A stretch of DNA of 64,000 bases, taken from positions 5,243 through 69,242 of the forward strand of contig DASVNP010000467.1 of assembly GCA_036383775.1 (NCBI GenBank). The letters are read 5' to 3'. Numbering within the stretch: the first letter of the stretch is position 1; every line of letters begins with the position of its first letter. The DNA comes from Paraburkholderia sp. (GTDB lineage Bacteria > Pseudomonadota > Gammaproteobacteria > Burkholderiales > Burkholderiaceae). Positions 18,690-28,699 of the stretch are shown in pieces. The notes under the pieces are model-generated. The model saw nothing but the letters and a program-made list of their open reading frames with translations. It did no database searches and was not told where the DNA came from. The translations under genes were made by a program, and so were the position numbers.

Positions 18690-19457
18690 ATGTGTGAATT
18701 CATTACAACGAGAATTGAGGATGGCGTCCTAGTCGCGACCCTTAACAGGCCTGGCAAGATGAACGCGATCACCGAGCCTATGTACGCTGCGCTGGCTGAT
18801 CAGATCGACGCTGCGCAGGGGGATTCGGAGATTCACGTCGTTCTCCTCCTATCGGAAGGTGATACGTTCACGGCTGGAAACGATATCTCGGCGTTCGCAG
18901 GCTGGGCGCAAGCTGAACGTAACGAAATCCCAGTTAGCGTGCACCGTTTTCTGACGGCCCTTGCCACAACCCGTAAGCCGCTCGTCGCTGGCGTGCAAGG
19001 GCAAGCGATCGGCATAGGTGTAACTTTGCTGCTTCACTGTGACTTTGTCGTCGTTGCGCACGATGCGAAGCTTGTCGCCCCTTTCGTCAATCTCGCCCTG
19101 GTGCCAGAAGCTGCATCTACGTTGTTGATGGTTGCACGCATTGGGCACGCGAGAGCGTTCGCACTCTTCGCAATGGGCAAACCCATGGATGGCGACACCG
19201 CGGTATCGTGGGGCATTGCCAACCTGGCTGTCGAGAAGGGGAAGGTGCGCGAAGAAGCCTTGTCTGCCGCAAAGCTGTTGGCATCTCGGCCCCTGGGTGC
19301 GATGACGGCCACCAAGCAACTCATGCGGGACCAAGAGTCAATCCTTGCACAAATCGCGGCGGAGAGCCAGCAGTTCGCGAGGCAGCTCGGCTCCCCCGAG
19401 GCCCGAGAAGTCTTCCAGTCCTTCCTTGCGAAGCGGCCACCGAAGGACCTCGATTGA
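18690..19457 (+). CDS. Enoyl-CoA hydratase/isomerase (Delta3,Delta2-isomerase-like)
   Basis: LNRPGKMNAI, FTAGNDI, AIGIGVTLLLHCD, PFVNLALVPEAAS. Confidence 0.9.
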   Translation: MCEFITTRIEDGVLVATLNRPGKMNAITEPMYAALADQIDAAQGDSEIHVVLLLSEGDTFTAGNDISAFAGWAQAERNEIPVSVHRFLTALATTRKPLVAGVQGQAIGIGVTLLLHCDFVVVAHDAKLVAPFVNLALVPEAASTLLMVARIGHARAFALFAMGKPMDGDTAVSWGIANLAVEKGKVREEALSAAKLLASRPLGAMTATKQLMRDQESILAQIAAESQQFARQLGSPEAREVFQSFLAKRPPKDLD

Positions 19458-19571
19458 ACCTGTGGCCCCTGCGCCGAGATTGAGCGGACGGGGCTCTTTT
19501 AATTTTGCACGTCACGGACGCTCAGCTTTTTGCGCGAGTGTTGGCTTTTCACGTCAGGAATAAACGTGTAT

Positions 19572-20078
19572 ATGATCCCATGCCTGCGAGGCGCAGTTGT
19601 TAGGGTGGAGGACGATCTGCAAACCACGCCGGACAACGGGGGGCGGTCGCTTGAGGGAGCTGTCGAGCACACTCTGGAGGAGGACTACTGCTTCGCAGTG
19701 AATCAAGCTAAGCGTTATGTTTCGAGAATCTACAACCGGCACTTGGCGCAGGCATCGGTTACCGTAGGGCAGTTAGAAATACTTATGGTATTGCGAGAAC
19801 ATGAATTCATGACGATGAACGAACTCAGCAAGATTCTAGTCATGGAGCGTACGTCCTTAGTGCGCGCCATCAAACCCCTTATATCCGCGAGACTGCTATT
19901 GAAAGCACGCCATGCACACCACGGCCGACGCTGCGTACTCTCGCTAACCGAGGTCGGCCTTGCAAAGGTGGAACGGGCTGGCGTGCACTTGAGGGCCGCA
20001 CAACTGGAGCTCGAAAAGGTCTATGGCAGTGCGAAGGCCACACGATTGCGGGCAGAACTGTTTTCTCTTGCGCGATGA
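19572..20078 (+). CDS. MarR family regulator
   Basis: CFAVNQAKRYVSRIYNRHL...MERTSLVRAIKPL...LSLTEVG; start codon uncertain. Confidence 0.85.
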   Translation: MIPCLRGAVVRVEDDLQTTPDNGGRSLEGAVEHTLEEDYCFAVNQAKRYVSRIYNRHLAQASVTVGQLEILMVLREHEFMTMNELSKILVMERTSLVRAIKPLISARLLLKARHAHHGRRCVLSLTEVGLAKVERAGVHLRAAQLELEKVYGSAKATRLRAELFSLAR

Positions 20079-20139
20079 CGTTCCTGTCCCACCGGTTCGG
20101 CTTGACAGCGGACCACGATGTGCGCAGAAAAGTAAGGAG

Positions 20140-20898
20140 TCAGGTAGGGCGAACCGATGATGACGGCCAACCCCCATTGAAGTCGATAATCGCGCCGGTA
20201 AGGAACCGTGCTTCCGTTGAAGCCAGAAACCTGATGACATCGCCGATTTCATCTGGTCGACCGAGTCTTCCAGCCGGAACGTTCTTGGTTACATAATCTT
20301 TCCCTCTCTCGTCGTCGATGAATATTGCTTTCGGATAATAGGCTTCGCTATACAAAAAGTTGGGAGATACTGCGTTAACCGCGATCGCATCCGGAGCCAG
20401 CTCTACCGCCAGCGACTTTACCAGCGCGTTGGCCGCAGCCCTTGCTGCATCAGGAATGGCGCCACCTCGAATAGGCGCGTGCGTGCGGCACGACGTGATC
20501 ATTACAATGTTTCCACCACCTTGATCCCTCAAAAGAGGAATCGCTGCCTGCAGCAATGCAAACGGATTGAGCACGAGATATTCGAGCGTTTGTCTAAACT
20601 CGTCTAAAGACGCCTTTTCGGATGAGATCTGTACCGCTGGGTAGTGGTCGTTGCAAATGATCGCGTTGAGCTGCCCCTCCGTCTTCCACGCCTCGGTTAC
20701 GAGTGTCGCAGGGTTGTCCGCGCAAATGACTTCTGCAAGCGGATGCATTTGGAGGAAATGTGCTATCGCTACAGGGTCCTTGAACGTCGCATCATGCACG
20801 AAGACCCTGAACCCCGAGTCGCTCAATGCGGTCACGGCTGGCGGTCCAGCGTATCCAGCAGCGTTCGTCACAAGAGCTGTTTTCTTCGCATCAGGCAT
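20140..20898 (-). CDS. Halohydrin-dehalogenase-like SDR-fold protein with atypical catalytic triad
   Basis: T-X4-Y-X-G motif (TNAAGYAG) instead of TGxxxGxG, S-X12-P-X3-R in place of S-X12-Y-X3-R, PNFL loop, C-terminal FNGGWP. Confidence 0.75.
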   Translation of the reverse strand: MPDAKKTALVTNAAGYAGPPAVTALSDSGFRVFVHDATFKDPVAIAHFLQMHPLAEVICADNPATLVTEAWKTEGQLNAIICNDHYPAVQISSEKASLDEFRQTLEYLVLNPFALLQAAIPLLRDQGGGNIVMITSCRTHAPIRGGAIPDAARAAANALVKSLAVELAPDAIAVNAVSPNFLYSEAYYPKAIFIDDERGKDYVTKNVPAGRLGRPDEIGDVIRFLASTEARFLTGAIIDFNGGWPSSSVRPT

Positions 20899-21147
20899 GG
20901 CGGTCTCGGTACAGATCGTCGACGTTCGTATCTTAGCCTACGAGATGCCCAACTTGACAGTTTGCCTCGTCACCGTTGGTTTTGGGCTGATCGATCAGGT
21001 CGATCTGCATGTAGCGGGCTTCCACATGGCCGAGTCCTTCCGAGTTCGTTGGCGCTCATCCCGCATGAACAGCAGGTCGTCTACTCGACCTCGAACGTCA
21101 AAGAGCAAATGCCTATTTTGCTTGCGTCCGTTCGGCGCCGCATGCGT

Positions 21148-22194
21148 TTAACTTCGAGGGCCCGTGGTGTCGCGACGCACCAACTGGATCGGCAGTACAT
21201 CATGTGCATACGCTCCCATTCCTCCCGCGCGGATCCGCTCAACGAGCCGGCGCGCCGCAGTACGGGCCATCGCCTCGACGGGCTGGCGTATCGAAGTGAG
21301 CCCCACTAGTGGCGACCCCGCGAGTGGCATGTCGTCAAAACCAATGATGGAAAGTTGGTCCGGCACGCGAATGCCTTGCCGTTTCGCGGCCTCCAAGACG
21401 CCCAGCGCGATCATGTCGTTCCCGGCGACGATAGCTGTAACCGGATCGGCCTCACGGAGCATCGAGATCGTGCTCGAATAGCCAGAGTCGGTCGTGTAGT
21501 CGCCCCAGACAAGCGATATCCACTCCGGTGGCAGGCCAACTTCCTTCAGGCAGCTCGATACACCGATCGCACGATCACGACTCGTGGAAGTGTTTTGCGG
21601 TCCCATCACGAGGCCGATTCGCCGATGACCCAGCTCGTACAGATGCTCCGCTGCGACCGCTCCTGCGTAAACATTGTCAATCTCCACGGTGTCAACCATC
21701 ACGTGGTCGACTGAGCGGACGACCAGCACAAGTGGGATTCCTCGCCGTTGCATCTCGGCGACTACAGGGGAATCAAGCGTCGCTGTGGCGAAAATCAGAC
21801 CGTCCAGATAGCCGTCTATCAGGGGCCGGAAGGCAAGGAGGTTCCTAGAGTCGTTCATCGAATCGATCATCAAGGTGATCTGATAACCAAGTTCCTGCAA
21901 CGCGCCGTGCAGATGTGTCAGCAGCACAGTCATGAATCGGTTATGAAGCGCACCGACCACGACACCTATCAACTTGGTCGCCGATTTCTTCGCTCGCCGC
22001 CCTTGCGCAGGAACCCGATAGCCGAGTTCGGCAGCCGCCGCCTGCACTGAACCCCGGGTCTCGCTGCTGATCGCGGGGTGGCCTGCCAGCGAGCGTGAGA
22101 CCGTCGACACCGAGATGCCCAGTTTTTTGGCCACGTCCTCGAGCCTAACTTTGACGGGTTTCGCGTCGGCAGGATGTTTTGCATCAGTTTGCAT
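21148..22194 (-). CDS. LacI family regulator
   Basis: RLEDVAKKLGISVSTVSRSL HTH; PDQLSIIGFDD and LTSIRQP motifs. Confidence 0.95.
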   Translation of the reverse strand: MQTDAKHPADAKPVKVRLEDVAKKLGISVSTVSRSLAGHPAISSETRGSVQAAAAELGYRVPAQGRRAKKSATKLIGVVVGALHNRFMTVLLTHLHGALQELGYQITLMIDSMNDSRNLLAFRPLIDGYLDGLIFATATLDSPVVAEMQRRGIPLVLVVRSVDHVMVDTVEIDNVYAGAVAAEHLYELGHRRIGLVMGPQNTSTSRDRAIGVSSCLKEVGLPPEWISLVWGDYTTDSGYSSTISMLREADPVTAIVAGNDMIALGVLEAAKRQGIRVPDQLSIIGFDDMPLAGSPLVGLTSIRQPVEAMARTAARRLVERIRAGGMGAYAHDVLPIQLVRRDTTGPRS

Positions 22195-22368
22195 AATGAA
22201 TTAATAGCTCGCCTCTGGAGATGGCCCGAATACAGTGCCTTTAGGGTAATCGTCTACCGTTTGCATCCCTTTGCACGAAATATTTGCGATAGATTTGCAT
22301 CAATGGTAGCGCAAGCCCTCCGTCACCAGGACGGCAAATCTGGTCAACCATCCTGACAGGAAAAGCAA

Positions 22369-23682
22369 ATGGCAATCCAATATCTGAAGCACGGCCGCAG
22401 CGCTGAAGAATCGTCCCTGGACGCTGCAAAAGTGCGCGACACGGTCACTGAAATCCTTGCCGATGTCGCCAAACGCGGAGATGCAGCGGTGGCGGAGTTG
22501 TCGAAGAAATTCGATAACTGGTCTCCTGAAAGCTTCCGGCTTTCGGAAAGCGAAATCGCAGGTTGCGTCGGTGCTTTGTCGCAAGGTCAACTCGACGACA
22601 TCAAGTTTGCACAGACGCAGGTGCGCAATTTTGCGCAGGCGCAGCGCGAGGCGCTCCGTGACGTCGAGGTGGAGACCCTGCCGGGTGTCGTCCTTGGCCA
22701 CAAGAACATGCCGGTGGACAGTGTTGCGTGTTACGTGCCCGGCGGGAAATTCCCGCTCGTTGCGTCGGCGCACATGAGTGTCGTAACGGCGAAGGTTGCC
22801 GGCGTGCCACGCGTCATCACTGCCTCGCCCCCGGTGCACGGCAAGCCAAATCCCGCAGTGGTTGCTGCGATGCACCTCGGTGGCGCCGACGAGATTTATA
22901 CGTTCGGCGGTGTGCAGGCGATCGCTGCGATGGCTCTCGGCACCCAAACAATCGATCCCGTAGCGATGGTGGTGGGGCCGGGCAACGCGTTTGTTGCCGA
23001 GGCGAAGCGTCAACTGTTCGGTCGCATCGGTATCGATCTCATCGCTGGTCCGACGGAAACGCTCGTTATTGCTGACGACAGCGTTGATGCCGAGATGTGC
23101 GCGACCGACCTACTGGGTCAGGCTGAACATGGTTTCAATACGCCGGCGGTCCTCCTGACGAACTCGCTGGCGCTCGCGCAGGACACGATCGCCGAAGTCG
23201 AGCGTTTGCTGAAGATTCTGCCCACTGCAAACACCGCGGGTGCTTCATGGCGCGACTATGGCGAAGTTATCGTCGTCGACACGCTGGAAGAAATGGTGCA
23301 GGAAGCGGACCGCATCGCTTCCGAGCACGTCCAGGTGATGACTCGCGATCCGGACTATTTCCTCAACAACATGAAGAACTATGGTGCGCTCTTCCTTGGC
23401 CCGCGAACGAACGTGGCCTTCGGCGATAAGGTCATCGGCACGAACCATACGCTGCCGACTGGCAAGGCCGCACGTTATACAGGCGGTCTGTGGGTTGGCA
23501 AATTTATCAAGACCTGCACCTATCAGAAGGTCCTGACCGACGAGGCCAGTGCGATGATTGGGGCTTACTGCTCACGGCTCTGTGCCATCGAAGGCATGAT
23601 TGCTCACGGCGAACAAGCCAACATTCGCGTCCGCCGGTATGGGCATCGGGACGTGCCGTATGGATCCGCCGTGGTCGCGTGA
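22369..23682 (+). CDS. Histidinol dehydrogenase family, HpsN (sulfopropanediol 3-dehydrogenase)-like
   Basis: [56 protein letters not shown]. These motifs mark the catabolic HpsN branch, and no his operon is nearby. Confidence 0.85.
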   Translation: MAIQYLKHGRSAEESSLDAAKVRDTVTEILADVAKRGDAAVAELSKKFDNWSPESFRLSESEIAGCVGALSQGQLDDIKFAQTQVRNFAQAQREALRDVEVETLPGVVLGHKNMPVDSVACYVPGGKFPLVASAHMSVVTAKVAGVPRVITASPPVHGKPNPAVVAAMHLGGADEIYTFGGVQAIAAMALGTQTIDPVAMVVGPGNAFVAEAKRQLFGRIGIDLIAGPTETLVIADDSVDAEMCATDLLGQAEHGFNTPAVLLTNSLALAQDTIAEVERLLKILPTANTAGASWRDYGEVIVVDTLEEMVQEADRIASEHVQVMTRDPDYFLNNMKNYGALFLGPRTNVAFGDKVIGTNHTLPTGKAARYTGGLWVGKFIKTCTYQKVLTDEASAMIGAYCSRLCAIEGMIAHGEQANIRVRRYGHRDVPYGSAVVA

Positions 23683-23694
23683 GACGATTAAAGA

Positions 23695-24456
23695 ATGATA
23701 CCGACGCTTCCGAGTTTCAGGCTAGATGAGAAGACGGCGCTGGTAACAGGGGCCGGCAGGGGAATTGGTCTTGCCGCCGCGGCTGCCCTTGCGCAGGCTG
23801 GTGCCCGCGTCACACTAGCGGCGCGAACGGCGGAAGAGCTCGAAAAGGCATGCGAAGCGATCAACGCTGCAGGCGGCGCCAGCGACTACGTCGTGCTCGA
23901 CGTCACGGATTCCGCCGCGGTGACCCGTGAGGTCTTCGCGCGTGGGCCGTTCAACGTGCTCGTCAACAGCGCGGGAATGAACCGGCCGACGGACCTCGTA
24001 GCGGTGAAAGACGAGGACATCGACGCAATGATGGCGCTGAACGTGAAGGCGGCATTTTACGCGTCGCGCGCCGTGGCAAAGGGTCTGTTGGAGGCCAGGC
24101 AGGGCGGGTCGTTCATCAACGTTTCGTCGCAGATGGGGCACGTGGGAAGTCCCGGGCGCACCGTTTACTGCGCGACCAAGCATGCAATCGAAGGGATGAC
24201 CAAAGCTCTCGCCTGGGAACTCGGGGCGCACGGGATCCGAGTGAACACGGTTTGTCCGACCTTCATTGAGACGGTATTTACCGAAGAGATGTTCAAGGCG
24301 CCCGGATTCCGCGACTGGGTAACGTCGAAGATCGCACTCGGACGGGTCGGGCAGGTCGAGGAGGTCATGGGTGCCGTGGTTTTTCTTGCGAGCGAAGCTT
24401 CATCGCTCGTGACCGGTAGCGCACTCATGCTGGATGGCGGCTGGACCGCCGCCTGA
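23695..24456 (+). CDS. SDR oxidoreductase (HpsO-like)
   Basis: TGAGRGIG, SSQMGHVG, YCATK, VCPTFIET; directly downstream of the hpsN-like gene. Confidence 0.88.
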   Translation: MIPTLPSFRLDEKTALVTGAGRGIGLAAAAALAQAGARVTLAARTAEELEKACEAINAAGGASDYVVLDVTDSAAVTREVFARGPFNVLVNSAGMNRPTDLVAVKDEDIDAMMALNVKAAFYASRAVAKGLLEARQGGSFINVSSQMGHVGSPGRTVYCATKHAIEGMTKALAWELGAHGIRVNTVCPTFIETVFTEEMFKAPGFRDWVTSKIALGRVGQVEEVMGAVVFLASEASSLVTGSALMLDGGWTAA

Positions 24457-24664
24457 CGAGTATAGGAATCGTAAGGAGAGTCGACTGGCCTGTGTCGCGG
24501 GCACCGACGAGCAAAGAGCACAAGGGATCGCTTGAACGTTGATCGTATGTAGGTGTTCGAGAAACCTTGAATCCGATTGGTGCTGGCACGGGCATCGACA
24601 AAATGTACAACCCGGTCGGCCCCGCCATCGGAAGTCAAGCCAATCTGACTTTGCAACAGAGGAA

Positions 24665-25666
24665 ATGATGAAAGCCGTTCAATCATTTATTGGCGAGCCG
24701 GTGGCGATCGTCGGTGCCGGACTCGTCGGCGCGGGGTGGGCCATCGCCTTTGCTCGCGCCGGACTCACCACGCGGGTGTATGACGCCAATCCCAGCCTTT
24801 CGGAAAAGGTGCTCCCATGGGCCGCGGAACAACTGTCGGCGCTGCACGCTCATGGGCTTCTTAGCGAACCGCCACAGGTGGTCGCAAACCGTCTCGTACG
24901 GGTGAACTCCCTCAAAGAGGCGGTTGATGATGTCGCGTATGTGCAAGAGTCGGTGCTTGAGCGACTGGATGTGAAGCGCCAGTTGATGGAGGACCTGGAT
25001 GCGATCGCAGATGCAGATGTCATCATCGGGAGCTCCAGCTCGGGCATCCCGGCGTCGGCGTTCGCCAACGATCTTGCAATTTCACCGCGCGTGCTTATTG
25101 CTCACCCGGTTAACCCGCCTCATCTCGTGCCGGTGGTCGAACTGGTTCCGTCGACACAAACATCCGAAGACACGGTCGAATTCGTTGACAGACTGATGGT
25201 TACGATCGGCCAGAGCGTCGTTCATGTCCGCAAAGAAGTCGAGGGGTTCGTGCTCAACCGCCTTCAGGCGGCGTTGCTCCGGGAAGCATGGGCATTGCAA
25301 CGCGACGGGGTAGCAAGTTGCGAAGACATCGACAAGACGGTGAGGGATGGGCTCGGATGGCGATGGTCGTTTATGGGACCGTTTGAGACCATCGACCTCA
25401 ATGCTCCCGGCGGCATTGCCGACTACGCCAACAGGCTCGGCGCGCTTTATTACTCGATCGCCAGATCGCGGGTTGATGATGGCCCCTGGAATGCGGAGCT
25501 CATTGCGCAAGTTGAAAAAGACCGGCGACAGCACCTCTGCGCGGACGACCTCGCGGCGCGCCGGGATTGGCGAGACGAAAAGCTGATGGAGTTCGCGGCG
25601 CGAAAATCTTCGATAACCGGCCAGTCAGTAAGTGAACTCGATGGTTCTACCGGTGCTTCACGCTGA
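24665..25666 (+). CDS. 3-hydroxyacyl-CoA dehydrogenase family (lambda-crystallin / L-gulonate or carnitine 3-dehydrogenase-like)
   Basis: [58 protein letters not shown]. Confidence 0.85.
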   Translation: MMKAVQSFIGEPVAIVGAGLVGAGWAIAFARAGLTTRVYDANPSLSEKVLPWAAEQLSALHAHGLLSEPPQVVANRLVRVNSLKEAVDDVAYVQESVLERLDVKRQLMEDLDAIADADVIIGSSSSGIPASAFANDLAISPRVLIAHPVNPPHLVPVVELVPSTQTSEDTVEFVDRLMVTIGQSVVHVRKEVEGFVLNRLQAALLREAWALQRDGVASCEDIDKTVRDGLGWRWSFMGPFETIDLNAPGGIADYANRLGALYYSIARSRVDDGPWNAELIAQVEKDRRQHLCADDLAARRDWRDEKLMEFAARKSSITGQSVSELDGSTGASR

Positions 25667-25862
25667 ACGTGCGATGCCGTCGAAGCCGCCGACGATCGAT
25701 GCTTCGGCCCTCGATCGGGTGGGTTGCGCTGATACGCTCGGGCGTCTGCTGAAGGATCTGCGTCTCTCGGTCATCGACCAGTGCAACTTTCGCTGCACCT
25801 ATTGCATGCCGAAGGACGTGTTCACGAAGGACTATCTTTTTTGCCGTCTGCGGAGCGCCTAT
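25641..25862 (+). pseudogene. moaA: GTP 3',8-cyclase N-terminal fragment truncated by a Tn3-family element
   Basis: [27 protein letters not shown] (radical SAM CxxxCxxC). The sequence ends at the transposon inverted repeat. Confidence 0.85.
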
Positions 25863-25900
25863 GGGGGATGAACAAGGTATGCGCAATTTTCTATCTTAAG
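25863..25900 (+). mobile_element. Tn3-family 38-bp terminal inverted repeat
   Basis: GGGGGATGAACAAGGTATGCGCAATTTTCTATCTTAAG is 38 nt, starts GGGG, ends TAAG, and lies about 100 bp upstream of tnpA. Confidence 0.8.
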
Positions 25901-26003
25901 CCATCGGTTATGAAAATTGCGCTGATCATTACGACTTGGTGCGGTAACGTCTGATTTATCTTGCGCTAATCTGAGCGGCTCTCTGCGATCTGGACGACTC
26001 GCG

Positions 26004-27300
26004 ATGGCTACCCTCGAACGCACCGCGTATCCGCGCTTCCCCGAGGTTCTGGCACCCCGCGAACTGCAAGCCTGCTACACGCCGCTGTCCGACGAACTCG
26101 ATGAACGTGAAGCCGTATTACGGCACCGACGCGAACGCGATCGCGACACGGGAGGCGCACACGGCGTCTCTGACGATGGACCAGCCTGTCGACATCATCA
26201 ACGCGACGATCGACGAGCTGATCGGGCAGGATATCGAACTGCCAGCGTCCTCCACGCTCGACCGGTTGACCGAGCAGATTCACGCGCGGGCGCAGTCCCG
26301 ACTCTTCAAGCGCGTCAAGCGACGCCTGACCACTCGCGCTCGACCGGCTGCTGCACGCGATCTGTCGAGCCGGCAGACTGCTTACAAGCGGATAAAGCGG
26401 CATGCGAGACGCCCATCGCGCAAGCACCTGGACCTGCTGGTTGACCAGATCGCCTGGCTCGACGAGATCGGCGATTTTTCACTGGCCGCCGCCGGAATTC
26501 CAGCCTCCAAGCTGCGCTCGCTCGCGAATCAGGCGATGGCGCTCGATGCATCGGCACTCAGGAACGACACACTGCCCGAGAAGCGCTACACATTGATCGT
26601 CGCGCTGCTCAACCGCATGCGCGTGCGCGCCCGGGACGATCTCGCCGAAATGCTTGTACGGCGCATGGGCGACATTCACAAGCGCGCGAGCGACGAGCTG
26701 GACTTGATCCAGCGCAAACAGCGTGATCAGGTCGAGGATCTCGTGGCCGTGCTTGACGGCGTCGCCGACATCCTCGCCGACGAATCCGACGAAACGGCAA
26801 TCGCCAGGGCACCACAGCATGGCGCACGCGGTCTTGAACGGTGCGCCATCGGTGCCGTCGCGACACGAAGGCATTCGTAACTGGAAGGACCTCGTCCTAT
26901 ACCGGTCGGACAGCAAGGCCAAATACAGGCACATCGACAAGCTGTTCACGGCGACCATCGACTGGGTGCTGATTGAGCCGCACTGGCAGGAGTTGATGCA
27001 AGTCGCGCTGTCGATTCAGGCGGGCACGATCTCGTCGCCGCCGGTGCTGCGCCGGCTCGGTTCCGAAAGCCGCAAGAACCGCCTGTGCCTGGCCGCGCGC
27101 GAGCTCGGCAATGTTGTTCGTACGGTGTTCCTGCTCGAGTGGGTCGGCAGCCTCGAATTGCGGCAGGAGGTCACCGCGAACACGAACAAGATCGAGTCGT
27201 ACAATGGCTTCTCCAAATGGCGGTCGTTCGGTGGCGACGTGATCGCCGAGAACGAACCAGATGAGCAGCAGAAACGGCTACGCTACAACGACCTGGTCGC
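26004..27300 (+). pseudogene. tnpA: Tn3-family transposase, frameshifted with large internal deletions
   Basis: MATLERTAYPRF N-terminus, NVKPYYG...DIINATIDEL middle part, and C-terminal IRNWKDL...IDWVLIEPHWQELMQVALSIQAG...NKIESYNGF...EQQKRLRYNDLVA. Confidence 0.88.
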
Positions 27301-27645
27301 TACCATACCGGAGCAGGTGCTGGCTGCGCTCGATCTGATCGACGACTTCATCGCAGAACTGACGCGGGTGAGGACGTTCCTTGAGCCGCTCGAAGCACTG
27401 TCTCTGAACGACGACTGCGGCGACGTCTTAGAGACATCATCTTCAACGGTTCGCCGCGTCGGGCGGCGACCGGCCAAAAACGGTCCTCCATCGCTTCTCG
27501 TAAACGAACGTCTATCGGTCCGTTCTGCTGATATTGCGGTCGTTCGTCCACTCGGCCGCCCGCGTGCCGCCATGCCAAGTCGCGACGCGCGGTTTCAGTT
27601 CTCCAGATTGGTCAAGGTCTCGGGCAGATTTTGCCCGGTCGGCGG

Positions 27646-28470
27646 TCATCGGGCGTGCGCCAGCGCCCGCTCCATGCCAGCAATAGCAGCTTCGACATAT
27701 GCCCTGAAACTGGAGTCCATGGCGGCGTCCGTTCCGTTCTGCCAGCGAACGATAAACGACTTGTTCGCCATCGCCGGGAGGTACCTCGCCAGCGTCGGAA
27801 ACTCAAGCGCCCGGATCGAGTTCACCTTTTCCTGCAGTTGCGCTGCCCATCCCGCGGGGTCGTCCGTCGGCATAGAAGCGAACTCAAGTGTCGAAAATCC
27901 CACCATCGTTGCGATAACAACGTTATACGAGTCGACAATCTGATCATCTTTGAATCCGGCCGCAACAAGCACAGAGAGAATCCTGTCGATCATGCTGGGG
28001 CTCAGGCTTGCGTTGGCGACGAGGTGCCCGCCAAGAAGCGGCGCTACGTTCGGGTGTCGGCGGATCACCTCGCGGCACCGGGAAAACAGTTCCCTGAGCC
28101 AGTCCTGCCACGACAACTTGCCGGGTTCGGGCGCCACGTCGGCCATTGTGGCTTCGACAACCGAAGCGAGCAGGTCGTCACGCGTCGCAACGTGCCAGTA
28201 CACCGCGGACGGATAGACGCCAAGCGATCGCGCCACATCGCGCAAGCTGAATCCCATGAGCCCGTTGCGATCGATCTGCTCAATCGCCGCAGCAACGATT
28301 CTTTCCTTGCTGAGCCCGGAACCGCTCGCCTCGCCTTTCTTTGTGCGCGTGCGCGACGCCGAAGAAGCTCCGCCGGCACGAGCCCGGCCGGTATCTTCGC
28401 CAGTTCCGCGGACCTTCCTGACGCCGCCTGTTTTCTCCACGCGGGTCGCCTTGCGAGCTGATGTCGTCAT
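27646..28470 (-). CDS. TetR family regulator (TetR_C-type)
   Basis: LSKERIVAAAI...FSLRDVARSLGVYPSAVYWHV HTH; divergent from the transaminase operon. Confidence 0.9.
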   Translation of the reverse strand: MTTSARKATRVEKTGGVRKVRGTGEDTGRARAGGASSASRTRTKKGEASGSGLSKERIVAAAIEQIDRNGLMGFSLRDVARSLGVYPSAVYWHVATRDDLLASVVEATMADVAPEPGKLSWQDWLRELFSRCREVIRRHPNVAPLLGGHLVANASLSPSMIDRILSVLVAAGFKDDQIVDSYNVVIATMVGFSTLEFASMPTDDPAGWAAQLQEKVNSIRALEFPTLARYLPAMANKSFIVRWQNGTDAAMDSSFRAYVEAAIAGMERALAHAR

Positions 28471-28599
28471 TTGTCTGTTTGATGTCGAAACGCGATTGTG
28501 CGGTGAACAAGGCGTCATTGTAGACCGGGCAAGCGGCCGAGAGACTTTCGCCGCAGGCGGCTCGCAATCGTCATGCTGCCTTACGCAGTACACAGCAAC

Positions 28600-28627
28600 T
28601 TGCACTTTATCTTGTTCAGTGTACAAT
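28600..28627 (+). promoter_or_regulatory. Promoter with overlapping TetR-type palindrome
   Basis: TTGCAC-N16-TACAAT; palindrome TTGTTCAGTGTACAA (28612-28626) covers the -10 element. Confidence 0.5.
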
Positions 28628-28699
28628 GAATCATAGTTCATCGTTATATGAGTGCGGCTCCGCCAGAGGGCCGCGAAGGCCATGCACAGGGACATCACG

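Noticed and set aside
20899-21147. Small gene between lacI and the HHDH-like gene
   Set aside because: Only short open frames without a recognisable motif on the minus strand.
22369-23682. Biosynthetic hisD
   Set aside because: Motifs ([15 protein letters not shown]) and catabolic context fit the HpsN-like branch; no other his genes are present.
26723-27943. 406-aa ORF as a real gene
   Set aside because: It is a chance fusion of a Tn3 transposase fragment, unrelated sequence and the antisense of the TetR gene.
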